This document shows, piece by piece, positions 26,991-40,159 of a stretch of DNA of 64,000 nt. Below the pieces are notes generated by a model. The model was not told where the DNA came from. It saw nothing but the letters and a program-made list of their open reading frames with translations, and did no database searches. The first letter of the stretch is position 1. Every line of letters starts with the position of its first letter. The stretch lies in contig NC_058368.1 in assembly GCF_018350175.1 (NCBI RefSeq), positions 168,828,001 through 168,892,000 of the forward strand, written 5' to 3'. Position numbers and translations under genes: made by a program. The DNA comes from Felis catus (taxonomy: Eukaryota).

Positions 26991-27625
26991 TAAAAGAATT
27001 ATGAATGACATCTTGACTTAACAGAGACCAATATTTCAGCTTAGAAAATTATTTTGACGCTTGTTATAGTATTGGTGTATACATATGTGTGTGTGTGTAC
27101 AAGTCATCATAAGGCCCACTTAATACAGTTCGAAGAAACACAAACATAAAGGGGATTTTTTTTTTAATTGCAGGTAAGAGAGAAGAAAATGGATAAGAGG
27201 ATAACAGAAACTAGGATAATACTGTGTAAATATTTTAGAGGTGTCAATAGGAAATGACATTTTTGGTAGTTGAAAAAGATGAAATGAGATATAGTCTCAA
27301 ATAGACATGAAAAACACATCTTTATAAGGCCAGAAATAAGAGAGAAAATGATGAGAGTAATTATCCAGTGAAATAGAGAGCTGTCATCTTCATTAACATC
27401 TGTAAAAGGAAGCTTAAATGAAATGAAGCAGTACAGAGACCCTCTACCCAAGTATATTGCAGATCGAAAATGTTTTTACACTAACATTCATGATTTTTCA
27501 CATAGATAACTACTAAAATAGTCTCAGTTCTCTACTCTTAGCATTAAAATATGTAGATAACTTATGTGGCATGAAATGAGGCTTTGCTGAAAATTAGGAG
27601 TATGTGCCTGTGAATTGGACCTAAG

Positions 27626-27797
27626 TATTACATATATATTATGTACATATACATATACTATATATAGTATATAATATTATTACATATATATTATGTATAT
27701 ATACATACACTATATATATAATATACACATATACACATACATATATATACACATATATATAATACACTATATATATAATACATATATATATTATATA
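27626..27797. repeat. (TA/CA)-rich low-complexity tandem repeat
   Basis: Includes a ~41-bp internal duplication (27626-27666 and 27678-27718). Confidence 0.85.
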
Positions 27798-27798
27798 G

Positions 27799-28210
27799 TT
27801 TTTTTTAATTTAAATTCAAGTTAGTTAAAATACAGAGTGGTATTGGTTGCAGGAGGAGAACCTAGTGATTCATCACTTACATATAACACCCAGTGCTCAT
27901 CTGAACAGGTGCCTTCCTTAATGCCCATCACCTATTTAGCCCAACCCCCACACACCTTCCCTCTGGCAACCCTCAGTTTGTTCTCTGTATTTAAGAATCT
28001 CTTATGGTTTGCCACCCCCCGAGTTTTATCTTATTTTTGCTTCCCTTTCCCTATGTTCATCTATTATGTTTATTAAATTCCACATGTTGGTGAAATCATA
28101 TATTTATCTTTCTCTGACTTATTTCACTTAGCATAATACATTATAGTTCCATCCATGTTGTTGCAAATGGCAAGATTTCATTCTTTTCATCACTGAGTAG
28201 TATTCCATTG
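27799..28210 (-). mobile_element. L1 3' segment with poly(A) (non-inverted part of a twin-primed L1)
   Basis: T tail at 27799, carnivore L1 3'UTR; segment ends at ...cactgagtagtattccattg. Confidence 0.9.
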
Positions 28211-28282
28211 TGTGTGTGTGCGCGCGCGCACACACACACCCACACACCCACACACCCACACACCCACACACACACACATATG

Positions 28283-30570
28283 CACAAAGGATTGAATCAG
28301 TTATCAAAAATCTCCCAAGAAACGAGAGTCCTAGGCCAGATGGCTTCACAGGGGAATTCTACAAGACATTTAAGTACAGTTAATACCTATTCTTCTCAAA
28401 CTGTTCTAGAAAATAGAAATGGAAGGAAAGCTTACAAACTCATTCTATGAAGCCAGCATTACCTTGATTCCAAAACAAGACAGAGACCCCACTAAAAGAG
28501 GTACAGGCCAATATCCCTGATGAACATGGATGCAAAAATTCTCAAGTAGCAAATCAAATTCAATGGTACCCGAAAAGAATTATTTACCATGATCAAGTGG
28601 GATTTTTTCCTGGGCTACAGGGCTGGTTCAATATTTGCAAATCAATAATGTGATACACCACATTAATAAAAGAAAGGATAAGAACCATATGATCCTATCA
28701 ATAAGATGCAGAAAAAGCATTTGACAAAGTACAACATCCTTTCTTGATAAAAACTCTCAAGAAAGTAGGGATAGAAGAAACATACCTCAACATCACAAAG
28801 TCCATATATGAAAGACCCACAGCTAAGAACATCTTCAATGGGGAAAAACTGAGAGCTTACCCCCTAAGGTCAGACACAACAAGGATGTCCACTCTTATCA
28901 CTGTTGTCCAACATAGTACTGGAAGTCCTAGCCTCAGCAATCAGACAACAAAAGGAAATGAAAGGCCTACAGATTGGCAAGGAAGAAGTCAAGCTTTCCC
29001 TCTTTGCAGATGACATGATACTCTATGTAGAAAAACCTCTAGAACTGATACATGAATTCAGCAAAGTTGCGGGATATAAAATAAATGTACAGAAATCAGT
29101 TGCATTTCTATACACCAATAATGAAGCAGCAGAAAGAGAAATAAAGGAATCAATCCCATTTATAATTGTACCAAAAATCATAAAACACTTAGGGATAAAC
29201 CTAACCAAAGAGACAATAGATATGTATGCTGAAAACTATAGAAAGCTTATGAAAGAAATTGAAGACACAAAAAAATTGAGGAACATCCCATGCTCATGGA
29301 TTGGAAGAACGAATATTGTTGAAACGTCTATGCTACCCAAAGCAATCTCCACATTGAATGCAATCCCTATCAAAATAACACCAGCATTCTTCACAGAGCT
29401 AGAACAAACAATCCTAAAATTTGTATGGAATAAAAAAAACAAAAACAAAACAAAACAAAAACAAAAACACCCGAATAGCCAAAGCAATACTGAAAAAGAA
29501 AACCAAAGCTGAAGGCATCACAATTCTGTACCTCAAGCTGTATATTACAAAGCTATAATCATCAGGGCAGTATGGTACTGGCACAAAAACAGACACATAG
29601 ATCAATGGACTAGAATAGAGAATCCAGAATTGGACCCACATTTGTATGACCAACTGATCTTTGACAAAGTAGGAAAGACTATCCAATGGAAAAAAGACAG
29701 TCTCTTTAGCAAATGGTGTTAGGAAAACTGGATGGCAACATGCAGAAGAATGAAACTGAACCACTTTCTTACACACTACACAAAAATAAATTCAAAATGG
29801 ATGAAAAGCCTAAATGGAAGACAGGAAACCATCATAATCCTAGGAGAGAAAACAGGGAGCAACCTCTTTGACTTCAGCCACAGCAACTTCTTACTAGACA
29901 TCTCTCAGAAGGCAAGGGAAACAAAAGCAAAAATAACTATTGGGACCTCATCAAGATAAAACCTTCTGCATAGCGAAGGAAATAATCAACAAAAGTATAA
30001 GGCAACCAACGGAATGGGAGAAGGTATTTGCAAATGACATATTGGATAAAGGGTTGGTATCCAAAATCTATAAAGAACTTATCAAACTCAACAGCCAAAA
30101 AAACAATCCAATGAAGAAATGGGCAGAAGACATGAATAGACACTTTTCCAAAGAAGACTTGAAAATAGCTAAGAGACACATGAAAAGATGCTCAGCATCA
30201 CTCATCATCAGAGAAATACAAATCAAAACCATGATGAGATACTCCTGTCAGGATGGCTATAAGTAACATCTCAACAAACGAGATGTTGGTGAGGATGTGG
30301 GGAAACGGGAACCCTCTTGCACTGTTGGTGGGAATGCAAACTGATGCAGCCACTCTGGAAAATAGTATGGAAGTTCCTCAAAAAAAAAAAAAAAATAGAA
30401 CTACCCTATAACCCAGTAATCACAGTACTAGGTATTTATCCAAAGGATACAAAATGTTGATTCGAAGGGACACATGCGTGCCAATGTTTATAGCAGTGCT
30501 ATCGACAATAGCCAAGGTATGGAAAGAGTCCAAATGACCATCGACTGATGAATGGGTATATAAGATGTGA
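28283..30570 (+). mobile_element. L1 ORF2 segment (inverted part of the same L1), disrupted RT and C-terminal domains
   Basis: ORF pieces [39 protein letters not shown] (RT FADD motif), [29 protein letters not shown]; multiple frameshifts and stops; (AAAAC)n expansion at ~29432-29470. Confidence 0.95.
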
Positions 30571-30762
30571 CATATATATATATATAAACATTTGTATGTA
30601 TACGTAAATATACATATGTGGATATATAGCACACATATACACCGATAAATCATATGCAGCTATATCTTACTCTGATTTATAATAAGACAAAGAATATTAG
30701 TAATACAATATATTGGAGAAGATGTCAGTATTGAGGTTAAATACACAGGTTATATGTACACA

Positions 30763-30767
<5 letters not shown>

Positions 30768-30811
<44 letters not shown>
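30768..30811. repeat. (TG)n microsatellite
   Basis: Pure TG run. Confidence 0.95.
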
Positions 30812-30813
<2 letters not shown>

Positions 30814-32149
30814 CACCTGGCTTCTAGCTTATCACTAATGAAGTTGATTAGATTTTTACATTTGATTGCTTTAGTTATCAGTAAGCAAAGGGACAAAAAG
30901 TATAGCCATATTTTGTAGTCCTGAGTAATTAGAGACAATGAGCTACAATGGCTCCTCTAAAAGAAGCACACTGAGAAAACTCAAATTAACCAGAAATTTA
31001 TTTGACCATCTACCTGTTAAGGCTTTAAAATTTAATGAAAAGATACAAGTCAAAGGAAATAAGCTTTTCAGATGGTTGGACCAACTTTGATCTCTTATAT
31101 TTTGAGGGTTATATATGATTTTTAAAGATCGCCACTTAATACCACATTTGTGTAAACTTTGTAATCTCACACAGATGTACATTATTTAGGTACTTTAAGA
31201 ACTTTCTGTATTTATTTTTCATTCATTTATTCATTTAATAAGGTTTTATTAAGAACTTTTTTTTAGTACTTGCTACTTTACTCGAAAAATTCTAAGCAAT
31301 TTCAAGCCCTCAAGCTATAGCTTAGCCACAGAAATATATTAAATCATCTCAATTTTTTCTCTTTCTTTGGCTGAATAATTCCAGTTCTTTTCCCTTTCAT
31401 ATATCTCAAATTCAAGATGAACATGTTCTTCTGGTATTAAATAGTTGAATGAAATGTATTGTTCCCAAACCCAAAGCTATCTGTCTTTATATCGAAATCT
31501 TAATGTCAAACTTGAGACAGTTTTGAAGGTGAATGAAAGGACAGGACCATTGAGCTTGATATTTGACATTTAAATATCATTTTGTGCCCTGTACTTTGTG
31601 GGAATGCTTGATGAACGCTAAACAATAGTGATAATAAATAAAAGGGATAATATGAATTGAGATGAGGCTAGAACTGAAAAGAGTCTTACAGAGCTGTAAC
31701 AGACACCAAAATCCATAAAAGGTAAAATCTAGTCTCTGTATAAAAAGGAAATTAACAAAGTTACTGAAAGGTTAGGATGAAAAGCACACACACACAAAAA
31801 CAACAAAATAGGATAAGAGATGCAACTTAGATAAGGGAATTAGAAAGGGAAATCATCGCATTTTTTCCTATATTTAACACCTGAAAAAGAAAACACAATT
31901 GAGAGAATACTGTTATCTTCTGGTCTGGAAGCAGGAACACCAAATAACAAGAATATTCTAAATCTGTGAAATTCCTGCTATCCTGTCTCCACCAGTTAGT
32001 TTACTTATGTTTTCATATTAGTTCTACATTAAGAAATCTGTATGAAGTATAGCATTTCCTAAGCGAATGTTTTAGATTTTTCAATGAATGTGAACTTCCA
32101 AACTCCTTTTTGAAATTTAAAAATGTGAATTTCAAATTGATGTTTTTGT

Positions 32150-32410
32150 ATATATTGACTTTTTAAAGTTATATGTAGTAACATGCACTCTTTTATACAG
32201 TTCTCTGAGTTCTGACAGATCTTTTGAGTCATGTGACCACCACATGAACCAAGATCCAGTACTTTTTTTTCAACTACAAAATTCTTTTGTGCTCCCCCTT
32301 TGTAAGTCAACCTCTCCCCCTTAGCCTCTAGCTCCTCTTGAGCTGTCTTTTGTCCCTATCATTTTACCTTTTCAAGAATGTTGTATAAACGGAATCTTGG
32401 CATATAGGCA
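32150..32410 (-). mobile_element. Old L1 (L1MB/MC-like) 3' fragment
   Basis: tacagttctctgagttctgacaga...accaccacatgaaccaagat...ttttcaagaatgttgtataaacggaatc. Confidence 0.6.
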
Positions 32411-32709
32411 ACTTAAGGGTGAGCATGGGACTTGTGTTTCAAGTGAAGGTCAAGCAGTTTCTAAGAGCAGCATGTTGGGGTGCTGCTACGTTTGTTTGCC
32501 ACACTTCCATGAACTTGTTTGGTAGAGAAACAGCTAACCAGATGGATGTAGACAGTCTGTTAGTCATGGCATGGCAGGCAGTCTGAACTTCACATCAATT
32601 CTCCTTCCCCACAGAACGTGAGGGGAGACTTTTCTTTGTTTCTAAGGCTGTCTTGCTGTATAAACGTCCTTAAAAAGACAGGGTGAAATGTGTAGAAATG
32701 CCATGGACA

Positions 32710-32905
32710 GGGGCGCCTGGGTGGCTCAGTTGGTTAAGCCTCCAACTTTGGCTCAGGTCACGATCTCGTGCTTCATGAGTTCAAGCCCCACATTGGGCTT
32801 GGTGCTGACAGCTCAGAGCCTGGAGCCTGCTTTGGATCCTGTGTCTCCTTCTCTCTCTCAAAAATAAATAAACATTACAAAACTTTTTTAAAAAAATTAA
32901 AAAAA
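32710..32905 (+). mobile_element. Can-SINE
   Basis: Perfect TSD agaaatgccatggaca at 32694-32709 and 32906-32921. Confidence 0.95.
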
Positions 32906-33289
32906 AGAAATGCCATGGACATATACCTCCTAACATTGTGTTATGTCATATACAAAATTATGGGATCATCTTCTGCAGCTGTCCTCTTCAAGATGACTCC
33001 CATACTCTCTTATTTCCATGTTTTCCATTTCTTCTGGCTATGAAGAGGGGTTTCTCTTGGAGTTTCAACTGTTTTTGCCGTTGTGCAGTTCCACTTGACC
33101 AGGCAAAGGGTGAGAGAAAAGCAAGAGAAGAAAATATCAGGATTTCTCCCCAGCACTTTCGGAACCACCAAGTTGCCTTTTCCTATTTCCCTTAGGGAAG
33201 TGGCATTTAAATGCTGCCCTCATTGCCGTCATTGCAGTGTAAACCTGTGACCGAAGCCACTTTCAGGGACAGATCTGATGGGGGAGAAG

Positions 33290-33637
33290 CAAAATGAAAA
33301 AAAGAAGGGAGATGCTCTCTCCACCCTCTGGCCGTTAGAGGCCTGCTTTCCTGGTTCCCTGGCCAGAAAGGCAGGGTTTCTCTTAAGTTTTCTGTGTCCT
33401 TTAACTGTTACAGATTTCCTCTCTGGATCAAAGTCAAGAGACAACAGAGGAAAAATAACCAGCAAACTCATCCTTGCTATGAGTTTTTATAAGTTTTGCA
33501 TCTCCTCCCCAGTCTGCATGTCCTTGTTAATTTCTCAGTGTCCTTGGTAATTGGTTTTGTGTTTTGTCCAGACTTTTAGTTGTAGGAGAGATAGATGGTA
33601 GCGGGGTTACTCCATTTTGTTTGTTACTGGAAGTCCA
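33290..33637 (-). mobile_element. Ancient L1M 5' end relic
   Basis: ttttgtccagacttttagttgtaggagagatag...ttactccattttg...ctggaagtcc resembles the reverse complement of L1M 5' termini. Confidence 0.5.
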
Positions 33638-34766
33638 CTCAAGTTGCTTCATAAGTGATTTATATACATTTATTTTGGATAAGATTTTGGAGGATTCTTT
33701 GTAGTTTCTTTTTTTGTTCATTTTGTAATAAAAATTGTTTAAAATTTGAAAAAATACAGATAATGAAATCATAAATACCCATATTCAAAGTCATTTTAAT
33801 TTTTTCCAATATTCTATGCTACTTAACATTTTTTAGAAATAAGAATTGAAACAATATGAATGAAATTGAAGCCATCCTTCATTCTATTCACTTTTCTAAT
33901 CCCAGCGTTACCTACTTCTCTGATTTATCTTTCCTTATATTTTTATGCTATAACCATACTATGCTATTTGGACAGTCCATAAGAGCTATTTGTTTTTATT
34001 ACATGTTTTAAAATTTTTATAAAAATTTATCATTCTGCAACTTGGTTTTCATATTTAATATTTTAAAATTTTGTTTGCTCATACTGATAGTGTAGCTCTG
34101 GTTCATTCATTTTAACTGGTTTCAATTTTTAAATCAGTTTGTAAATTTTATGGATATACATTGTACAATTCATACATTTTCCTGTTAATGAATATTTCTA
34201 TTTTTAAAAAATTTGCTTGTTTTGCTTTTAACTTTCACTAACACAAACAATGCATAAAGAGCATCTTTGTACAGACGTGAGATATGTGTGAGTTTCTCTT
34301 ATTATTTATACTTGGACATAGAGGAGCACGATAAAAGGGTATGCACATCTTTAATTTTCTTAGTGTTGCTAAAGTTGTTTCCCAACATGTTTATGTCAGT
34401 TTATACTCTCATCAATAGGGTGAAAGAATTCCCACTTATATACATCTGTACGACGCTTGCTGTTTTTACTATTCTGGTAGATAATAGTTTTAATGCTTTC
34501 CCCTGATAATTAGAGATTATTAGGGGTAATCAGACCCTTCTGGTTTCAACCTCTACGGATTGTATATTTGCTGTTTCAAGCAGGGATCCTGGATCTGTTT
34601 TTAGTTCCTTTTACTAAGTAGGAGGAAAGTCCTTTATTAAAATTGTCTAATTCCTGACAGGTAACACAGAAGCACACCAAGTTTGTAATATCAACTCTAC
34701 TTGCTAGTTTTTGTCTTTGTTTTTTGAAAGTATTTATTTTGTTTCTGAGTCTATCACAGCCTTTTT

Positions 34767-34997
34767 TAAATAAAATGTTTATTTATTTTGAGAGAGAAGG
34801 CGAAGAGAGAGAGAGGGAGGGAAAGAGAGATAGTGTGAGCAGCGGGGGAGGGGCAGAGAGAGGGAGACAGAATCCCATGCAGGCTCAGTGGTGTCAGCGC
34901 AGAGCTCATGCAGGGCTCTATCTCATGAACCATGAGATTTTGACCTGAGCTGAAAAAAGAGCTGCATGCTTTACCGAAGGAGCCACTCAGGCACCTC
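34767..34997 (-). mobile_element. Can-SINE
   Basis: Full body; TSD cacagccttttt at 34755-34766 and 35036-35047. Confidence 0.9.
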
Positions 34998-35588
34998 CTT
35001 TGGATTAGCAACATCACCCTTGATTAGCACCCCTGCACAGCCTTTTTGATTATTTCTTTTTATATTTTATCTGTCATTACTATGTGCTTGAGGCAGGGGT
35101 AGTATTTTAAAGTAGAAGTCCACTGTTTCCTCTTGACCTTTTGTTTTCATGAAGGTGATGTATAAATTGTGTGTAAGTTGACTTGAGACATTATCTAAAT
35201 TGGCTTGGGATAAAAGACACAAACATAAGATCAATACATTTGCATTGAACTATAAAACTTTTGTAAGTCAGAAAATAGAATTAGAAAATTATTTGCAGCA
35301 GGTGTGGCAGGCATTAATTATTTAACGTACAGAGTGTGTTGATTCTAAGAAAAACAAACTCTAGTAGAAATGTGGGCAAATTCATGAAGAAAAAACAATA
35401 CGTGAAAAAAACGTTCACAGAGATATGAGAAAGGAATTACATTCTATCTTTTCTAACAAACTGACAAATATAGGAAAACAATAAATGCTGTTGCTCATGA
35501 AGGTCTGAGGAAATGGGCACTCTCTTTCTCTGCTGTTGACATGTAAATCACTACAACTTTCCTGTATGGTAACTGGGCATTGAGTATC

Positions 35589-35778
35589 TAGTGCCATGCT
35601 GTGTGACACTACATAGCCACTAGTTACATTGGCTATTTAAATTCAGTATTTATTTCCTCAATCTCATTAACCACATTTCAAGTGCTCAATCAACACTCTG
35701 GACTAGCGGCTACATATTGCACACAGCATACCTAGAACATTTCCACAATCACAGAATATTTTATTGAATATCACTCAT
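35589..35778 (-). mobile_element. MER3-like hAT-Charlie relic within an old L1
   Basis: tagccactag...ccacatttcaagtgctcaat...ctagcggctacatattg...agaacatttcc. Confidence 0.7.
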
Positions 35779-36309
35779 TAGTGGTTTCAAAATAGTCATA
35801 TCCTTTCCCCAGTAATCCTAGTTCAAGGAATATATTCTAAAGAAATATTAGAAGTTTAGGGATCAACACCAAACCATTGTAAACAATAGAAATAATCCAA
35901 ATGTTTGCAAAAAAGGAATAAATGTTTATTCACATAATAGAATATAATGCAGTCTATTAAATATGCTTTTGTGTTAGTTAATATTATTATAGCATGTTCA
36001 TAATATGCTGTCAACTGAACAAATAGGCTATAAAACATTTACAGCATTGATTATAAATCTCCTTTAAAATATCTTAAAATTTATATTACAAAGCATGGTA
36101 GTGTTGGCAGTTTCTCTTTGCAATACTTTCTATTAGACACACACACATTACTTTTATAGGCATAAAAAAATGAGAAGTACATTGGTTTTGAACCCCATGA
36201 AACAATTCGTAATCATGGCCAGTTTGGGTGGTTACTGTCTTTTGACATTTAGTGTTGGTTAGTATATTTATATATAGTATTGTATCGTAGTGCATATGTA
36301 TGAGTGATA

Positions 36310-36344
36310 TGTGTGTGTCAGTGTGTGTGCGTGTGTGTGCACAC

Positions 36345-36382
<38 letters not shown>
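36310..36382. repeat. (TG)n microsatellite, imperfect
   Basis: TG run with CG/CA interruptions. Confidence 0.9.
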
Positions 36383-36385
<3 letters not shown>

Positions 36386-36389
36386 AGCC

Positions 36390-36600
36390 TGGTAGAAAAC
36401 AAAATTCAACTCAGATGGCTTAAATGAAGAGTTTTTTAAAAATAAAGGAACACTAATGGAATCATGGGCAGGATTAAAGGAGCAAACTAAGGATGGTTAG
36501 TTGCCCAGAAACTCACACAGTGAGAAGTCATTACTATCCTTAGGAGTAAAGGGATGAGAGGCGGAAATAGAGTTGCTGCAATGTGTGCTGGAACTTTACA
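36390..36600. mobile_element. Old ERVL-type LTR fragment
   Basis: gggcaggattaaaggagcaaactaaggatgg...gaagtcattactatccttagg resembles recalled ERVL LTR sequences. Confidence 0.4.
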
Positions 36601-36679
36601 AGTGGGGCTTCCCAGCAAAAGTTTTAATCATGAAGACCATGCAGCAACTGATGAGAACACAGCACCAAGCAAGAGAGTG

Positions 36680-37117
36680 CAAGTGTACCGTGTTCTTTGC
36701 ACTTTGTTTATTGTGCTTTGCAGATACTGCATTTTCTACAATTGAAGGTCTGGCCTGCATCCAGACAGTCTATTGGTGTCATTTTTTTAATAGCATTTGC
36801 TTACTTCTTGTCTCTGTGTCACATTTTGGTAATTCTTGCAGCATTTCAATTTTTTTTCATTATCATTATATATGTTATGGTGATCTGCCCAGTGATTATG
36901 ACTCACTGAAGGATCAGATGATGATCAGTATTTTTTAGCAGTAAAACATTTTTTAATTAAGGTATGTAAATTGTTTTTTTAGACATGATGCTATTGCTCA
37001 CTTACTAGACTATAGTATAGTGTAAACATTACTTTTATACACACTGGAAAACCAAGAAATTAATTTTACTTGCTTTATTGTGGTATTCACATTATTATAG
37101 TGGCCTAGAACTGAACG
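36680..37117 (+). mobile_element. Internally deleted Tigger1 derivative (Tigger1a-like)
   Basis: Tigger1 left end (ttattgtgctttgcagatactgc...tgtctctgtgtcacattttggtaattc...gttatggtgatctg) fused at ~36890 to the right end (gactcactgaagg...tagactatagtatagtgtaaacat...gaactgaac). Confidence 0.85.
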
Positions 37118-37649
37118 TAGGAAAATACAGGAACTGTGATGTGTATATGGCAGAAAACTCTTCTCTAACTCACTGCACTTAGTCAAGATCATTAAAGAAA
37201 TATTGATTCCAAGAGCAAGTTTGTAGAGGAAAAGTTTTGGGTAAAAATTGTCAGCAATTATTTGTTTTAAATATTTAACTTTGGTATGGAATAAAATTAC
37301 AATACTGTGGATCTGTGCTTTATATACTATGATGTGCTAAGCAAATGACATTGGAAAAGCTCTAGTTCACATTTTTTTTATAGATAGGTTATTTGAAAAA
37401 TTGAGAAATAATTTTTAACTTTATGTTATTTAGGATTTAAAAAGTTGTTTTAATTATATGACTTATTGATATTTGTTCAATGTGGTTTTGAAATAACAAT
37501 TTACATTCTAAAATACATGAGGTATTAACATTATATTACTATAGTGGTCCTGTTGTGTTTTGGCCAAAAATAGTATGAGACAGTCTTTGTAGTATCATTT
37601 TATTTTGGAAAGGTACTTTACATTGTTTCGGTCATACCTATGGAGGGAT

Positions 37650-38390
37650 AACTTATATGGAGATAAATCAAAATTAATCCTTTTTAGTTTATATTCTCAT
37701 AAGTTTAGTTGATGCATATAGTTGTGTATCCACCACCATAATAAAATTATAGAACAGTTCCATTACCCTCCAGAATTCTCATATGCCCCTCTGTTGTCAA
37801 CCCAGCCATTTAAAGCTAATCAAGAATGTCATGTAAAAGGAATCATACAGTATATATCCTTTCGAGTTTGACTTATTTCATTGAGCAAAATGCACTTGAG
37901 ATTCATCCACATTGTTGCATGGGTCACTAATTTTCTCCTTTTTATTGCTGAGTAGCAGTCTGTTGTGTGGCTATACCACAGTCTGTTTATCCATTCCCCA
38001 ATTAAAAGATATTTCCAGCTTTTGATAGTTTTGAAGAATAACAACTGTAAATGTTCATGTATAGGTTTTCGTGTGAACATACTTCTCTTGAGTATATTCC
38101 TAGTAGTGGAACTGGCGGTTTGTCCAATAAATGTGTATTTATAAGAAAGTGCCAAACTGTTTTCCAGAGTGTACAATTTTACATTCCCACCAATAATGCA
38201 TGAGAATTCTAGTCACTCCACATTCTTGCCAGTGCTTGATTTTGTCAGTTAAAAAAAAAAGTAAATTAATTACTTTTAGCCATTCCCATAGGTATATAGT
38301 GGTATCTCATTGTGTTTATTTGTATTTCCCTAATGCTAATGATGATTAGCATCATTTCTTGTGCTTATGATCCATGTATCATCTTTGGTG
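37650..38390 (-). mobile_element. Old L1 (L1MB/MC-like) 3' region
   Basis: ggaatcatacagtat...gagattcatccacattgttgc...tgccaaactgttttccagagtg...gtggtatctcattgtg. Confidence 0.8.
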
Positions 38391-38881
38391 GGTGCTTTAA
38401 TTTTAACAGCCACAAAAGACAGAAACCAGTGGATTTATAAGGATAGTGTCTTATACTCATAAAGGAAAGGAATACCACCTTATTGAATTTACTAATACGT
38501 GAAAGTTATTCAAAAAACACTATCCTTATTGTCTATTTGAATAACAAAATGTCATTCTTCTCACTGACTACAACTCCTATCATTACAGATATTCACCATG
38601 TTGCTTGAAATAATAGTTCTAATGTGTATATGAGTCTGCTACCCATTTCCCACAGCTGTTTCCAAACATAACCATTTTTTTCCCTCAAGCTCTTAAACTA
38701 TTTCCTAGTCCTCCCATGTCAGCAGGTGATCTTACTTCTTTTGCTAAGGACCTGGATTCTGGTGCACTCTCTCAACAATTATTTTCACCTATCCTAACCT
38801 CCATCTTTCTCTCTTATCCTAGTTCTTATTAACTCTTCTCACCTGATTCTTTGATTTTTCATTTTACTCTGGTTTCTCAAA

Positions 38882-39274
38882 GTTATGGACTTCATGTTTG
38901 TGTCTCCCCCCCCACCCCCGATCTCGTTTATATGTTGAAACCCTAAGCTCTAATGGGATGGTATTAAGAAGTGGGTCTTTTGGAGGTAACAAGGTTTAAA
39001 GGAGCTCATGAGGGTGGGGCCTCCAAGATGCAGTTAATGTCCTTCTAAAAAGAGGAGAGGTATCCTCTCTTTCTCTGCCATGTGAGGATACAGCAAGAAG
39101 GTGTTCCCAGGAGATTGTTCTCACCAGACATTGTATTTGCCAGTGCATTGATCTTTGATTTCCCAGCCTCCAAAACCGTGAGACATAAATGTTTGTTGTT
39201 TAACACACAAATGTTTGTTGTTACGTTTATTGTTTAAGTCTATGGTATATTGTTATGGCAGCTAAACTAAGATA
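38882..39274 (+). mobile_element. MaLR solo LTR (MLT1A-like)
   Basis: gttatggact...tatgttgaaacccta...catgagggtggggcc...gccatgtgaggatacagcaagaagg...cccagcctcca...gcagctaaactaagata. Confidence 0.85.
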
Positions 39275-39739
39275 CTCATCAAATTAATTCCAGTCTTCTC
39301 ACGTCCGTTGGGAGTTTGATATATTAATTTTCTCTATTTTTAAAAATATTTTTGTGGCCCCCTCATAGTCTTTTTCTCAGCCACTTCATCCTTCTCTTAA
39401 ACACTAATAGCCAAAGCTTTCATTCAGCTAGTCATCTCTATCAGTCTTTAATAACTCCTGTCTTTCTTTTCTTACAAAGTTACTTATAAAAATAATCTGT
39501 CGTACCACATTGGTTTTTCTCGTAAGTGACTCATTTGAAACCCATGAAGCAGGGCTTCTACCCTGACCACCTTACTGAAACTGAACTCGCCAAGTAGCCA
39601 TGATGACTTCTTACTGTATTTAGTAACCTTTTAGCCCTCAGCCTATTGGAAACATCTGGTACATTTTGAAAATTCTGATTACTTTTTCATAGAAACTTTG
39701 TTTTTTTTCTTTTTCCAGGAGACATTCGTCTGTTGGTTC

Positions 39740-40159
39740 TTATTTCAGTTATTTATTGCTATATAATCCACCACCCAAAACTTAGTGTTTTAAAGCAGTG
39801 TTTTATGATTTCTCTTGATTCTGCGGGTGCCTGAGCAGACCTGCTGATTTAGCTTGGGCTCTGGCTTGCATTTTCACTCAGCTGACAAGTTCAGGGGCAG
39901 GCTCAGCTGAGGCAGCTTAAAGGGCTGGTCTTTAATCTCAGGCTTCTTCACATCCTCATGATCTCAGGGTGGTGTTCTAAGATGGTGAAGATGGAAACCT
40001 CAAGGTTTCAGAAGGTTTGGACTTTGCAGTATGCACAGCACCACTTCTGCCACAATCTATTATCAAAATAAGTCATATGGCAAGCCAGAATAAGAGGTGA
40101 GGAAGAGACTCCATCTGGGATGGGAGAAAAAGTAAAGTCCTATTTCACTATCTACCACA
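39740..40159 (-). mobile_element. Older MaLR solo LTR (MLT1 family)
   Basis: tattgctatataatccaccacccaaaacttagtg...cacttctgccaca...aagtcatatggcaagccaga...atctaccaca. Confidence 0.7.

Noticed and set aside
6088..27180. Isolated strong donor-like sites (caggtgagt ~6091, caggtaagc ~7682, caggtaaga ~27172)
   Set aside because: I could not pair them with a convincing acceptor and open FER-like frame; expected by chance in a long intron.
28904..29512. 202-aa ORF with RT FADD motif as an active reverse transcriptase or novel RT system
   Set aside because: Fragment of a frameshifted, truncated L1 ORF2 with no promoter, ORF1 or endonuclease.
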